Source of the DNA: a virus
Taxonomy: Duplodnaviria > Heunggongvirae > Uroviricota > Caudoviricetes
IMG/VR virus record: IMGVR_UViG_3300034082_003579
DNA: 64,000 bases
Strand: one strand, 5' to 3'
This document shows positions 55,427 to 64,000 of the stretch, one piece after another. The notes beneath the pieces were generated by a model, which had not been told where the DNA came from, did not search any database, and worked only from the letters and a program-made list of their open reading frames with translations. Numbering within the stretch: position 1 is the first letter of the stretch; every line of letters begins with the position of its first letter. A program made the translations under genes and the position numbers.

Positions 55427-55687
55427 TTAGAATGATAATCCTAATACTCGTTTCCAGATATCGCTGGACCCGTCATAGTCGCCGTAGCAATAGTAAAAAT
55501 AATTGGTGTCATAGGCATACATTCCAGCGGTGTCACCGACGGTACCTAATGATGTGCTGGGAACAGTTTCTTGAGTGCGGCTGCTCAGCTCAGCAAAGTT
55601 TATGTTGCATTTTTGAAATGCAGTTCGGATTGGATCTCCTAATCCGTCGTTGGGTACTGCCCCTATATTAATTGTTTCAAGTGTCAT
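55427..55687 (-). CDS. small tail/baseplate-type protein
   Basis: INIGAVPNDGLGDPIRTAFQKCNINF is a gp9/gp10-like N-terminal motif. Confidence 0.7.
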   Translation of the reverse strand: MTLETINIGAVPNDGLGDPIRTAFQKCNINFAELSSRTQETVPSTSLGTVGDTAGMYAYDTNYFYYCYGDYDGSSDIWKRVLGLSF

Positions 55688-55867
55688 GAGTTACCTCTCT
55701 CTCTGAATGTATTTATGGAATTGTCTACACTACTCTAATTCCTTTATTTAAAAACCCTACATTTCTTGTCGTTATGGGTAAAAATCACGGGGTTTTGTAC
55801 TGGATTGCAAGTTAATTGTTAAATATTTGTCCGTGAATTAATGATTCACTTTTAAGGAGTCTATAAA

Positions 55868-56098
55868 ATGGACAAAGCGTTTGATATGGTAAGCGGTTTC
55901 TTGGGTCGTGTCTGTGACATTGGTGTCAAGTTGATCGCAGTTGGTGTTGTACTTCAAATTTTATTTGGAGCTGCAGTACCATTCTTAGGCATTGATGTTG
56001 TGGCTGGAGTTATTAAACTGGTTACTGCATTGGGTAGTCAAGGCCTAGTTGGCTTGGTTGCTGTTGCTGTGCTTTATTGGGCATTCAACAAAAAATAA
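55868..56098 (+). CDS. small membrane protein
   Basis: Strong TAAGGAG SD, hydrophobic helices, own late promoter (55820-55825) and terminator. Confidence 0.8.
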   Translation: MDKAFDMVSGFLGRVCDIGVKLIAVGVVLQILFGAAVPFLGIDVVAGVIKLVTALGSQGLVGLVAVAVLYWAFNKK

Positions 56099-56120
56099 TA
56101 GGCTCCGGTCTATATAACTC

Positions 56121-56145
56121 AAAGCTGCCTTCGGGCAGCTTTTTT
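56121..56145 (+). terminator. intrinsic terminator with UUCG loop
   Basis: AAAGCTGCC-TTCG-GGCAGCTTT followed by T tract. Confidence 0.9.
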
Positions 56146-56184
56146 ATTTGTATTCTACGATAGTATCGTGTACAGTTTTATGAT

Positions 56185-56778
56185 TTACCAAATTTTAAGA
56201 TTATATACAGTTTCGTGACGAGGGGTTAGATACCCTTTGATTATTGTGTAATTTAAAAAAGCGTCTGACAAATGCGGATTATTATCGTTATAATAGCAGA
56301 AGTTTTTAACATAGTATTGCACATCAAATTTCTGAGTTAAATCATTGAGATTGAAATTGGATTTATGTATTTCGTATGCATTTCCACCATAATCATCTTG
56401 AGCCATATTGTTAGGCCAACAAACTATTATCCATTTACATTTGTATAAAAAATAATCAAGATAATCCATGGCTTCGGATCTAAATAAATGTTCTAGTACA
56501 TCTCCGAATATTGCCACATCGTATTGAAATTTATATTCGGTTTTAATAAAGTCTTGTATAGAAACTGGAAATACGGTATTGTATATGTTGGATAGATTAA
56601 ATTCTTTTATGTATGATTCAGTTGGTTCGATTGCATCTAATATGCCAGTATATCCAGAGTTTTTAATTAAATTTCCATTTTTTCCAGAACCTACTCCTAC
56701 ATCTAAGATTCTAGAAGGCTTTAATCTACAAATGTGATCTACTAGAAAATTATCAAACGCTATCGATGAATACGGCAT
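56185..56778 (-). CDS. class I SAM methyltransferase (AT-rich)
   Basis: ILDVGVGSG, DVAIFGDVLEH. Confidence 0.8.
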   Translation of the reverse strand: MPYSSIAFDNFLVDHICRLKPSRILDVGVGSGKNGNLIKNSGYTGILDAIEPTESYIKEFNLSNIYNTVFPVSIQDFIKTEYKFQYDVAIFGDVLEHLFRSEAMDYLDYFLYKCKWIIVCWPNNMAQDDYGGNAYEIHKSNFNLNDLTQKFDVQYYVKNFCYYNDNNPHLSDAFLNYTIIKGYLTPRHETVYNLKIW

Positions 56779-56814
56779 ATTTGTCCATTGGTTAAATTGT
56801 ATTTTACAATCATT

Positions 56815-56843
56815 ATATTAACAAACTATTGATCTAACGTCAA
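56815..56843 (-). promoter_or_regulatory. sigma70-type promoter
   Basis: TTGACG-17-TAATAT. Confidence 0.6.
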
Positions 56844-56872
56844 TGATTTTGCATAGGTTTTGTATATATATT

Positions 56873-58906
56873 TCATTTCAGCAGATCGATCCAATGATGT
56901 ATTACATTTGACCAGTCATATTTTTGAGCATGAGTCTGTGTGCTGAGACATTTTTCTCTGTAGGCTTCGGGATTGGCCATGTAAAATTCCAACAGCTTGA
57001 GTGTTTCGTCCATAAATTCTGCTTCTTCCATGGGCACAGTATGTCCACTGTTGCCGCTCTTGGTAATCCATAAGCCCACAGATGTGCTGATCACCAACTT
57101 GCCAGCGGCACTGGCTTCTAGTGCCGGCAGTCCAGCACCTTCTTCTGTACTGGCAATGACTACAGCATCCACTGATGGATAGAATCCTGGCATGGTAGTA
57201 AAACTGTTGTTGTAGGTCTGGGCCACTTTGAACTCCAGGCCAGTCCGTCGGCACAGTTCTTCTACCAACCAACCACGTTTGATACTACAGTGAGCTCTAG
57301 CAAGAAAAGCACCTGCAAAGCCAATGGTTTTGAGTTCCTGTGAAGGCTCGGCCACAAACTGTTGATAGTTGATGCCAATAGGAGTAAGATCTGGCGTTCT
57401 TTGTATGCCCATGGCTGCACTTTGTTCCACTAACCATTCACTGACCACGCTGTACCGGTGCAGGCGTTGTAGTGTTTCTTGTGAGTAGTCTTGTAGGTGT
57501 GTGAGATCCAGGATGGCATGCACCACGGCCACACACTTTTCTGGAGGAATACCATAGGTGTTCAATAGATATCCCAGACCATGCGGAGTGCTCACAAACA
57601 GATCCACGTGAGCACTGAGTTCTTGTAGTTCCTGCACAGTATAAGGCTTGTTCCAAGGCACCACAGTGGCATTGACACCGGCGGCAAACAAGTACTTGAC
57701 CAATTCATAGTGTATGGCGCCAAAGGCCCATTCTGGTTCAATAAAGAACATGATATTCTTTTTGACTGGATGAGCAATCAAGGGATAATCTTTTTTGAGC
57801 CAATCAATGTTTTCTCTTTCAGGATGTGGTTCATACCAACCTTTGCCTTTATAAACGTCCATCACACTCTGGAAATATTCTTCATACATGGGTGCCACCT
57901 GATCTAGGGTAAAATTTTCAGCCCAGGTTCTGCAATCTTGAGGACGTATAAGGTCGATGTTTTCGGCGGCCCACACAAACTGATCAAAGGTTCTACAACG
58001 ATATCCTGTGACTCCGTGTATGTTGTTTTCTGTAAAACTGCCCCAGTCAGTGGTAATAGTGGGTGTGCCACTCATCAACAATTCAATCTGCACACCGCCA
58101 AACGGCTCCACATATTGGCTGGCCACAAATGCAGCCCGGGCATTGCTCATGAGTTCCCGGCGTTTAGCCACATCGGCATAACCTACAAATTCCACGTGCG
58201 GAGGAAAGGTTCTGTTTTCCGGATTCTGTCCGGCAATGACCAATCTGGCACCAATTTTTTCTGTGACTTGAACAGCTATGTCTACACCTTTACCTGCATA
58301 TACTCGACCTAAAAATAAAAAATAATCTTGTTTTTTCTCATTGTATTCAAAATCCTCTGGATCAAAGTAGTTGGGTATCACACAGTCATACCAGTCTTGT
58401 TTGCAAGTGCCCACGGCTTCGAGTCCATAGTAGGCATGATATATGGCATAGCTTTCAAAGATCTTCCACCGTGCCCAATGTCCGCCGGCATATCCAATGC
58501 CAGGCTCGACCACAATCATGTCTGAGTGGGCATCGCATACCGGGCGAGTTCCTGCTCCCCAAAAGGGCAGTATGAAGTCATTGGGTTGTTTGCGTAGTCC
58601 AACTTCGTGAATAGCATTCTTAAAGAAAGTTTGATACGCATGATCCGCCATGTCATATGTAAAGAAATTCTTACGCCAATCGTAATTACCGTAGGCTATT
58701 TTAAAGTCTTCGTTTGTAAGCACCGATACATGCTCAGTACATACCAAATCACTATCTTCGTGCCCATAGTGAATAACAGTATGACCTCGTTCGGTCATCA
58801 TCTTGCCAAACTTGACCACTTTTTGCGTGTAAGCACAAGCATTGTATTCTTTACTGCTGACTGTGTGTGGAAGACCCAAGATATGAAAACGAAACTTATT
58901 ACTCAT
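56873..58906 (-). CDS. tandem GT4 (GT-B) glycosyltransferase fusion
   Basis: Two donor motifs: EPFGGVQIE and EGAGLPALE. Confidence 0.8.
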   Translation of the reverse strand: MSNKFRFHILGLPHTVSSKEYNACAYTQKVVKFGKMMTERGHTVIHYGHEDSDLVCTEHVSVLTNEDFKIAYGNYDWRKNFFTYDMADHAYQTFFKNAIHEVGLRKQPNDFILPFWGAGTRPVCDAHSDMIVVEPGIGYAGGHWARWKIFESYAIYHAYYGLEAVGTCKQDWYDCVIPNYFDPEDFEYNEKKQDYFLFLGRVYAGKGVDIAVQVTEKIGARLVIAGQNPENRTFPPHVEFVGYADVAKRRELMSNARAAFVASQYVEPFGGVQIELLMSGTPTITTDWGSFTENNIHGVTGYRCRTFDQFVWAAENIDLIRPQDCRTWAENFTLDQVAPMYEEYFQSVMDVYKGKGWYEPHPERENIDWLKKDYPLIAHPVKKNIMFFIEPEWAFGAIHYELVKYLFAAGVNATVVPWNKPYTVQELQELSAHVDLFVSTPHGLGYLLNTYGIPPEKCVAVVHAILDLTHLQDYSQETLQRLHRYSVVSEWLVEQSAAMGIQRTPDLTPIGINYQQFVAEPSQELKTIGFAGAFLARAHCSIKRGWLVEELCRRTGLEFKVAQTYNNSFTTMPGFYPSVDAVVIASTEEGAGLPALEASAAGKLVISTSVGLWITKSGNSGHTVPMEEAEFMDETLKLLEFYMANPEAYREKCLSTQTHAQKYDWSNVIHHWIDLLK

Positions 58907-58941
58907 CGAATAACCCTTTAAATGTTTATAAAATTAAATTA

Positions 58942-59526
58942 TTACAGATTAAACACCACACTGGTTCTAGGTTCTGTACTTTGATTAGGTGGAACTTCGT
59001 GATACAACCAAGCTGGCCATAACAGCATCAGTCCTGGATAAGGTTTATATTGTGTTTTTTGCAAACTGTACCAATTGGGAGTTTCTTTGAGCATGAACAT
59101 GTAGTCAAAAAAATCCTTAAAAGGTTGATTTGGATAAAATATAATTTCGCTTGACCCAGGAGGTGTCTTTAGATAATATATACCACTAATGGTGCAGCCG
59201 CTGTGCAAATGTTTGGGATGCGAACTGCCGTTGAGAAAACTGTTGGCAAAAAAATAAGGGCGCCACGGCACACGGCCGGCGTCAAATCCCTGCATCTCTA
59301 AGAAATCATAAGCCTTTTGTTTGGCAAAATCAATAAAAGGTGTAAACGCCGGATCATCCACTAGGCTTTTGGTACCATAGGTGGTTTCGCCATTGTAGTA
59401 AAAATTAGAATTGACATTTTTATCTGCCACGTTGAATATTTGATCCAACAAGGTATTCATTGGATCAATCCACTCGGGATGCTCGGACCGACCGATAACA
59501 CTAGGAAACCAAAGATCAAGATGCAT
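58942..59526 (-). CDS. 2OG-Fe(II) oxygenase (TIGR02466-like)
   Basis: HPKHLH, ISGIYY, WPAWLYHEV, RTSVVFN. Confidence 0.8.
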   Translation of the reverse strand: MHLDLWFPSVIGRSEHPEWIDPMNTLLDQIFNVADKNVNSNFYYNGETTYGTKSLVDDPAFTPFIDFAKQKAYDFLEMQGFDAGRVPWRPYFFANSFLNGSSHPKHLHSGCTISGIYYLKTPPGSSEIIFYPNQPFKDFFDYMFMLKETPNWYSLQKTQYKPYPGLMLLWPAWLYHEVPPNQSTEPRTSVVFNL

Positions 59527-59529
59527 GTG

Positions 59530-60051
59530 TTATTTGGTAAAAAATAGTTGAATACTCAGACGAGGAAATTCAGCTGCTAAAGTAATCATACTGGTGCTGT
59601 GCCACACAGGCGGCCGAAACCAGACCATTAAATTGGGATGCGGATAAACCCACCCTTGTCCTAAGTGCTGGTCGTCGTAGATAAAAAATCCGCCCCAATT
59701 CCAGTTCCATGCCTCGTTGATGTAGATAGTGCTGCTGAGTCGGTTGTAGGAATCATCGCTGTCGTGATGCCAATTGATTTGACTACCCGGCAGCCACACA
59801 TGCATGAAACAGACTACATTGTTGAATTCAGCAAATACAGGATCAACTGTTTTGTATCGATTGATAAAATAATCAGCATATTCATCCAATTTCAATACCA
59901 AAACAGGTGCATAGCTGCCAGCTTCCAAGCCCTTGCCCCACCGACCCATGTGATTTATTTCAAATACACCTTGTCCGTGTGCATCCTCAAACTTTTTTCT
60001 AAGTGCCAACAGCATGTTTTGATCTAAAAAATTAGGAACCTGATTAATCAT
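59530..60051 (-). CDS. 2OG-Fe(II) prolyl-hydroxylase-like oxygenase
   Basis: WHHD, WGG, WHST, RLSIQ. Confidence 0.85.
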   Translation of the reverse strand: MINQVPNFLDQNMLLALRKKFEDAHGQGVFEINHMGRWGKGLEAGSYAPVLVLKLDEYADYFINRYKTVDPVFAEFNNVVCFMHVWLPGSQINWHHDSDDSYNRLSSTIYINEAWNWNWGGFFIYDDQHLGQGWVYPHPNLMVWFRPPVWHSTSMITLAAEFPRLSIQLFFTK

Positions 60052-60061
60052 TTGATTTTTC

Positions 60062-60613
60062 TCAATATTGTGTAGTCAAAAAGAACAGTTGAAACAATCG
60101 TCCGTTTTGTAGGTCGGATCCAAAATAGTCAAGACTAGTGTGGAATAAATCGCTGCGGTACATGGCCAACCGGTTGTATCGATTGCCAATACGGTCAATC
60201 AGATCCCACTTGGTCATGTCCTGCGATTCGTAGGATTCCAACTGATGCGACATGGTTGCGCCAGTTGCTTTGTGCCTAAAAAGCCCAGTTCCGCCTGTGT
60301 AAGGAGCGTCTGGTGTAAGATAACAAACCCCGGCCCAGGTGTTATAATGGTCAGTGTGTATCCAACTGCGATCAGCTGCTGTGGCTATTTCAAAACTGCC
60401 GGACAGGGCATCGGCTTGATTCCAATCGGTTACTTCACCTGCCACATTCCATAGTATGCTCTGCACAGCATCTTTGACATCTTGATTCAGGAAACTTTGT
60501 GTTCTTGAACCCGGAAAGTTTCCGCGAACCTTAAACTCCTGCTGCAAGGCAAAAGACCTGACACTGTCAGGATTGCTGTAAAAATCGTCGGTTATAATTG
60601 TGTTGGTTCTCAT
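60062..60613 (-). CDS. 2OG-Fe(II) oxygenase (DUF6445-like)
   Basis: DDFYSNPD, WIHTD, FHTS, RLFQLFF. Confidence 0.8.
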   Translation of the reverse strand: MRTNTIITDDFYSNPDSVRSFALQQEFKVRGNFPGSRTQSFLNQDVKDAVQSILWNVAGEVTDWNQADALSGSFEIATAADRSWIHTDHYNTWAGVCYLTPDAPYTGGTGLFRHKATGATMSHQLESYESQDMTKWDLIDRIGNRYNRLAMYRSDLFHTSLDYFGSDLQNGRLFQLFFLTTQY

Positions 60614-60618
60614 AGTGA

Positions 60619-60626
60619 TATTTATA
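60619..60626 (-). promoter_or_regulatory. T4 late promoter consensus
   Basis: TATAAATA 5 nt before ATG. Confidence 0.75.
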
Positions 60627-60678
60627 TGTGGGTATATTATAGATTTATAAAATTCATAGGATCTATCGCAAACGATCG

Positions 60679-61467
60679 TTAAATTACATCGGACAAGACT
60701 TGCTCAATGCGTTGATACACCGAATACTGCCAATAATGGCTGGCCAGGCGATAATTTTCTTCAACATAAGGCAGCATACGGTTGTAGTCAGCTGGAGTGA
60801 TTGTGGACAGTATATCTGCCAACTGTTCGATAGAATAGAACTGCAGTACACCGCGAACATCAAAGTACTTGCTCAAGTTGGTACAACCAAAATAAATTGG
60901 TACTGTTTTGGTTTTAAAACAATCAAGAATTTTTTCTGTAAACATGTTTGGCAAAATTTGATTTTCACATGCAATATTAAACTTAGCATTGGTAAAAAAG
61001 TCGTTCTTGGATGGTACACGAGGCGGACTACGATGCATGAGAAATTCAAATTCCCCGATGTTTTTGTAATGACTGTAGCGTCGCATGATCATAAATCGCA
61101 TGCGATGAGCATTGGTAAACACCTTGCTACTCATTAGATAGGATATCTGATTGTACTTGTTGATAACAACATCGTCGGCAATCCAGGAGCCCACTGGACA
61201 AAATTCTCGAGCATTGGGTAATTTCAGCAGGCGTTCATCGTAGGTCAGTATCAAATCAAAGTGTTGATAGTTGTCCTGCACCATGCCTGCAAATCTATAA
61301 TACAGCTCAGGAGGCTCGCATTGAACCAAGACATTGAAATCAGCACCGGGATCATATTGAACAGTATCAAAACTCACACTGATTTTTTTTTCAAATCGTT
61401 GTGAGAATTGATATGTGCTATCAACACCATATCCCGGCAGATATCCAATGGTCTTAATACTATTCAT
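60679..61467 (-). CDS. GT10-like (fucosyltransferase-type) glycosyltransferase
   Basis: FNIACEN...FTEKILDCF...VPIYFG; start set at ATG 61467. Confidence 0.75.
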   Translation of the reverse strand: MNSIKTIGYLPGYGVDSTYQFSQRFEKKISVSFDTVQYDPGADFNVLVQCEPPELYYRFAGMVQDNYQHFDLILTYDERLLKLPNAREFCPVGSWIADDVVINKYNQISYLMSSKVFTNAHRMRFMIMRRYSHYKNIGEFEFLMHRSPPRVPSKNDFFTNAKFNIACENQILPNMFTEKILDCFKTKTVPIYFGCTNLSKYFDVRGVLQFYSIEQLADILSTITPADYNRMLPYVEENYRLASHYWQYSVYQRIEQVLSDVI

Positions 61468-62320
61468 CACCCACACGTATGATCTTTTCAAACGAATCGC
61501 TGAACACAATTGCCATGTTGGAAAAATTGCTTTCCCTGCATATCAAAGCTCCGCAACGACTCAATACCATGCAATCTCTAAAAGACTCTTGCCAGAATTT
61601 CTTTTGATAGAACCAATCGTATTCTGGTAAACATTCGTCGATGTGTTTAAAGGACTCGTTTTCAAATCTTGTGAAATTTTCATGCGAGATAACATTCACA
61701 CCAAAGTACTTTTTTAACTTTACAATTGACTCGTGATTGTCTGATGCCACAAACATGTTGGAGTATTGACCACTGTCAAATTCTTTTTTGATAGTATCTA
61801 TGTAATCATCGCAGGTGATTTGTTGATACAAGTCGTGATGCAACATGTTCATGGTGGTGAGTCTCACATGAACACCCAGAGTGTTGGCGCCAATATAATT
61901 TTCTCGAACAAATTCATTCACATGATTGTGTATGTCTTGCTGTATGCGCAATTTGCTGAGCACTCGCTTGTAATCTTGGAATCTAGTGCTTTGTTCTATG
62001 GGATTTTTCTTGCTGTACAAAGTGCCTTGTGGCAGGTATCCGCCGTACTGAAATGATTCGTCGTAGTACTGATCCAATGCATATCCTGTGATATGTAGGT
62101 ACGGATTAAGCACCCCGTACTTTTCCATGTCACGGAGATTGTTGCAACAAATTTCATAAGCCTGACGACAAAAATCATCATTGGGATTGTCGGCTTCGGC
62201 AAATCCTACCACCTGTAAACACACTTTATCGAATTCTATATCAGCCAATGGTATAATACCAAACTGTAATAGTCTACTAAAGATACCGCCGCCTGGAACT
62301 ATAAGATAGTAATTTTTCAT
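61460..62320 (-). CDS. O-fucosyltransferase/NodZ-like glycosyltransferase
   Basis: LGVHVR, FVASD, SNFS motifs. Confidence 0.65.
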   Translation of the reverse strand: MKNYYLIVPGGGIFSRLLQFGIIPLADIEFDKVCLQVVGFAEADNPNDDFCRQAYEICCNNLRDMEKYGVLNPYLHITGYALDQYYDESFQYGGYLPQGTLYSKKNPIEQSTRFQDYKRVLSKLRIQQDIHNHVNEFVRENYIGANTLGVHVRLTTMNMLHHDLYQQITCDDYIDTIKKEFDSGQYSNMFVASDNHESIVKLKKYFGVNVISHENFTRFENESFKHIDECLPEYDWFYQKKFWQESFRDCMVLSRCGALICRESNFSNMAIVFSDSFEKIIRVGDE

Positions 62321-63144
62321 ATGTAAAAAGTATTTGTAGTTGTTAAATAGGTCACTATAATATTTCTATAGTATTGTTTGCTTTCTGCATCCGTGTCAAA
62401 TTTAAATTTAAACACTTGTTGGGCTGTGTCAGCGTAGGGTAAATAATTTGCTGGCATCCAGAAATCAGACGTGTCTTCGGGGCATTTAATAGGATCCAAC
62501 CCAAGCCGTTGTAAAATTTGATTAGCCATATGAAATATCACTGGGTATGTTGGGTGACTTGGATAATTAAAAAGTTTAATTTTTTCAATATTTTTTTCTA
62601 TAAAATCTGATACAGTTATATCTGTAATAGATTCTTTGTCTTTGAGAATCTGCATAGTTGCTTTATGTCGAACTTGATATTTATAATCAATTTGATCACG
62701 ATCATATAAATCTAAAATATCGTCTACGGAAAGACCTTGTTCTACTAACGCATCAATTACTTCATGATTTTTAATAGTTGGAAGATATGTTAAATGAAAA
62801 TCATCACTTAAATCTGTAGTTCCGCCAGTAATCAGTGGCCAAAGACTTAAATTAACCACATAAGGGATACTGATTGCAATTGCATCTGGTTTTAAATAAG
62901 ATAACAAGTGATCTGTAGCATTATGACCATATGAATCATCTAGTGGCTGATATATAAACACATCTGCTTCTTTTAATTCTTGTGCATGATTCTCATATTC
63001 TAAAAACTTTCGACCAGTTCGAATTAATTCATAATTATGAATGTTACAATCTAAACTATAGGATTCTAAAAATTGTTCGGATCGACCTAGTGTTTCGTAT
63101 AGCATCACTCCCTGGCAGGTGGCATAGATTAAAACTTTTTTCAT
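62317..63144 (-). CDS. WcbI-like polysaccharide biosynthesis protein
   Basis: IYATCQ, DVFIYQP, SHPT; AT-rich. Confidence 0.55.
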   Translation of the reverse strand: MKKVLIYATCQGVMLYETLGRSEQFLESYSLDCNIHNYELIRTGRKFLEYENHAQELKEADVFIYQPLDDSYGHNATDHLLSYLKPDAIAISIPYVVNLSLWPLITGGTTDLSDDFHLTYLPTIKNHEVIDALVEQGLSVDDILDLYDRDQIDYKYQVRHKATMQILKDKESITDITVSDFIEKNIEKIKLFNYPSHPTYPVIFHMANQILQRLGLDPIKCPEDTSDFWMPANYLPYADTAQQVFKFKFDTDAESKQYYRNIIVTYLTTTNTFYI

Positions 63145-64000
63145 TATTGTTGTTGCTGCCAGTATTCAATCATTTCATCCAGCATGGTTTCAAACGTGTA
63201 CACGGGTTTCCAGCCTAGCACAGTCTTGATATCAGAACTGTCTCCGCACAGGTATTTTAATTCTTCGGGTCGCATGAACTTTTCATTTTGCACTACGTAA
63301 TCTTCGTAGTTCATGCCCAGGGACGAAAACACATATTTGCACAGCTCTCGCACACTGTGAGTTTCGCCTGTGGCCACTATCCAGTCTCTGGCTTCGGTGT
63401 GATTGATCATCATGTGCATGGCTCGTACATAATCTTTGCTGTGTCCCCAATCGCGATAACTGTCTAAGTTTCCCAACTCCAACTTGTCAAGACGACCTTT
63501 CTTGATATCCACTGCAGACTTGACCACTTTGTTGGTGACAAAGTTGATGCCGCGACGCGGACTTTCATGGTTAAACAAGATACCGTTGACCGCATACAAT
63601 TTGTAAGCATCTCTATAATGTCGTGTGAGATTGAATCCCATGACCTTGCTGACCCCGTAGGGACTGACTGGTGTCATGGCAGTTGTCAATCGCTGGTGCA
63701 GATCAGAATCGATACTGTTGCCAAACATTTCACTTGAGCTGGCCTGATAGAATTTCCCTTCTGGACATTCTTGTTTAAAACATTCCAGCATGCCAAGAAC
63801 ACCCAATGAGTTGGTTTTGATAGTGAAACTGGGCATGTCAAAGCTGATGCGCACATGACTCATAGCTGCCAAATTGTAAATCTCGTCTGGCTTTACTTGA
63901 CGTACCACAGTCATCAAACTGTATTCGTCTGTGAGATCTCCGTAGTGTCTGGTAATCTGATCGTTGATATGATGCAATCGACTGCTTTGATTTTCAGCAG
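63144..64000 (-). CDS. gmd: GDP-mannose 4,6-dehydratase, N-terminus outside window
   Basis: YNLAAMSHV, YQASSSEMFG, SPYGVSK, GILFNHESPRRG, RDWGH. Confidence 0.95.
   Translation of the reverse strand, partial: AENQSSRLHHINDQITRHYGDLTDEYSLMTVVRQVKPDEIYNLAAMSHVRISFDMPSFTIKTNSLGVLGMLECFKQECPEGKFYQASSSEMFGNSIDSDLHQRLTTAMTPVSPYGVSKVMGFNLTRHYRDAYKLYAVNGILFNHESPRRGINFVTNKVVKSAVDIKKGRLDKLELGNLDSYRDWGHSKDYVRAMHMMINHTEARDWIVATGETHSVRELCKYVFSSLGMNYEDYVVQNEKFMRPEELKYLCGDSSDIKTVLGWKPVYTFETMLDEMIEYWQQQQ

Noticed and set aside
1-64000. Stop-codon reassignment (alternative genetic code)
   Set aside because: Conserved genes are full length in code 11, all three stops terminate genes, and coding density is high.
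1-64000. tRNA genes, CRISPR arrays, DGR/retron, integrase or transposase
   Set aside because: No cloverleaf, repeat-spacer array, RT or recombinase motif seen; intergenic gaps are short and mostly explained.

Overview
64 kb segment of a large T4-like (jumbo-type) dsDNA phage genome, densely coding in standard code 11 and almost entirely on the minus strand. I found no tRNA, CRISPR array, integrase, reverse transcriptase or intein. In window order: small hypotheticals, a MazG-like pyrophosphatase and T4 RNase H (1-3.4 kb); a 17 kb 7-deazaguanine DNA-modification supercluster (queE, queD, folE, a QueD-like DpdL candidate and a TGT/DpdA-like transglycosylase, no queC in the window) interleaved with kdsA, galE, several glycosyltransferases, a PRTase, an AT-rich radical-SAM/aminotransferase island and a PD-(D/E)xK nuclease (5.5-22.3 kb); the replisome (sliding clamp, family B polymerase that must start at a non-canonical ATA codon behind a T4 gp43-like operator hairpin, DsbA-like protein); a late block of probable head-internal proteins with T4-like capsid-targeting N-termini and (L/I/V)xE protease sites, including a 1467-aa NTase/zincin/amidoligase polyprotein (27.5-39.6 kb); ClpA/PDF/DnaJ/PhoH/clamp loader/GroES and a stand-alone DnaE fragment (41-51 kb); baseplate genes (52-55.7 kb); and a glycan/2OG-oxygenase cluster ending in a truncated gmd. 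Both sigma70-type promoters and T4 late-type TAAATA promoters are visible, several inside RBS-sequestering hairpins. A Gram-negative, probably proteobacterial, host is inferred from kdsA, ClpA, a lipobox protein and GGAG ribosome-binding sites. All family assignments come from motif recognition only; no database search was run.
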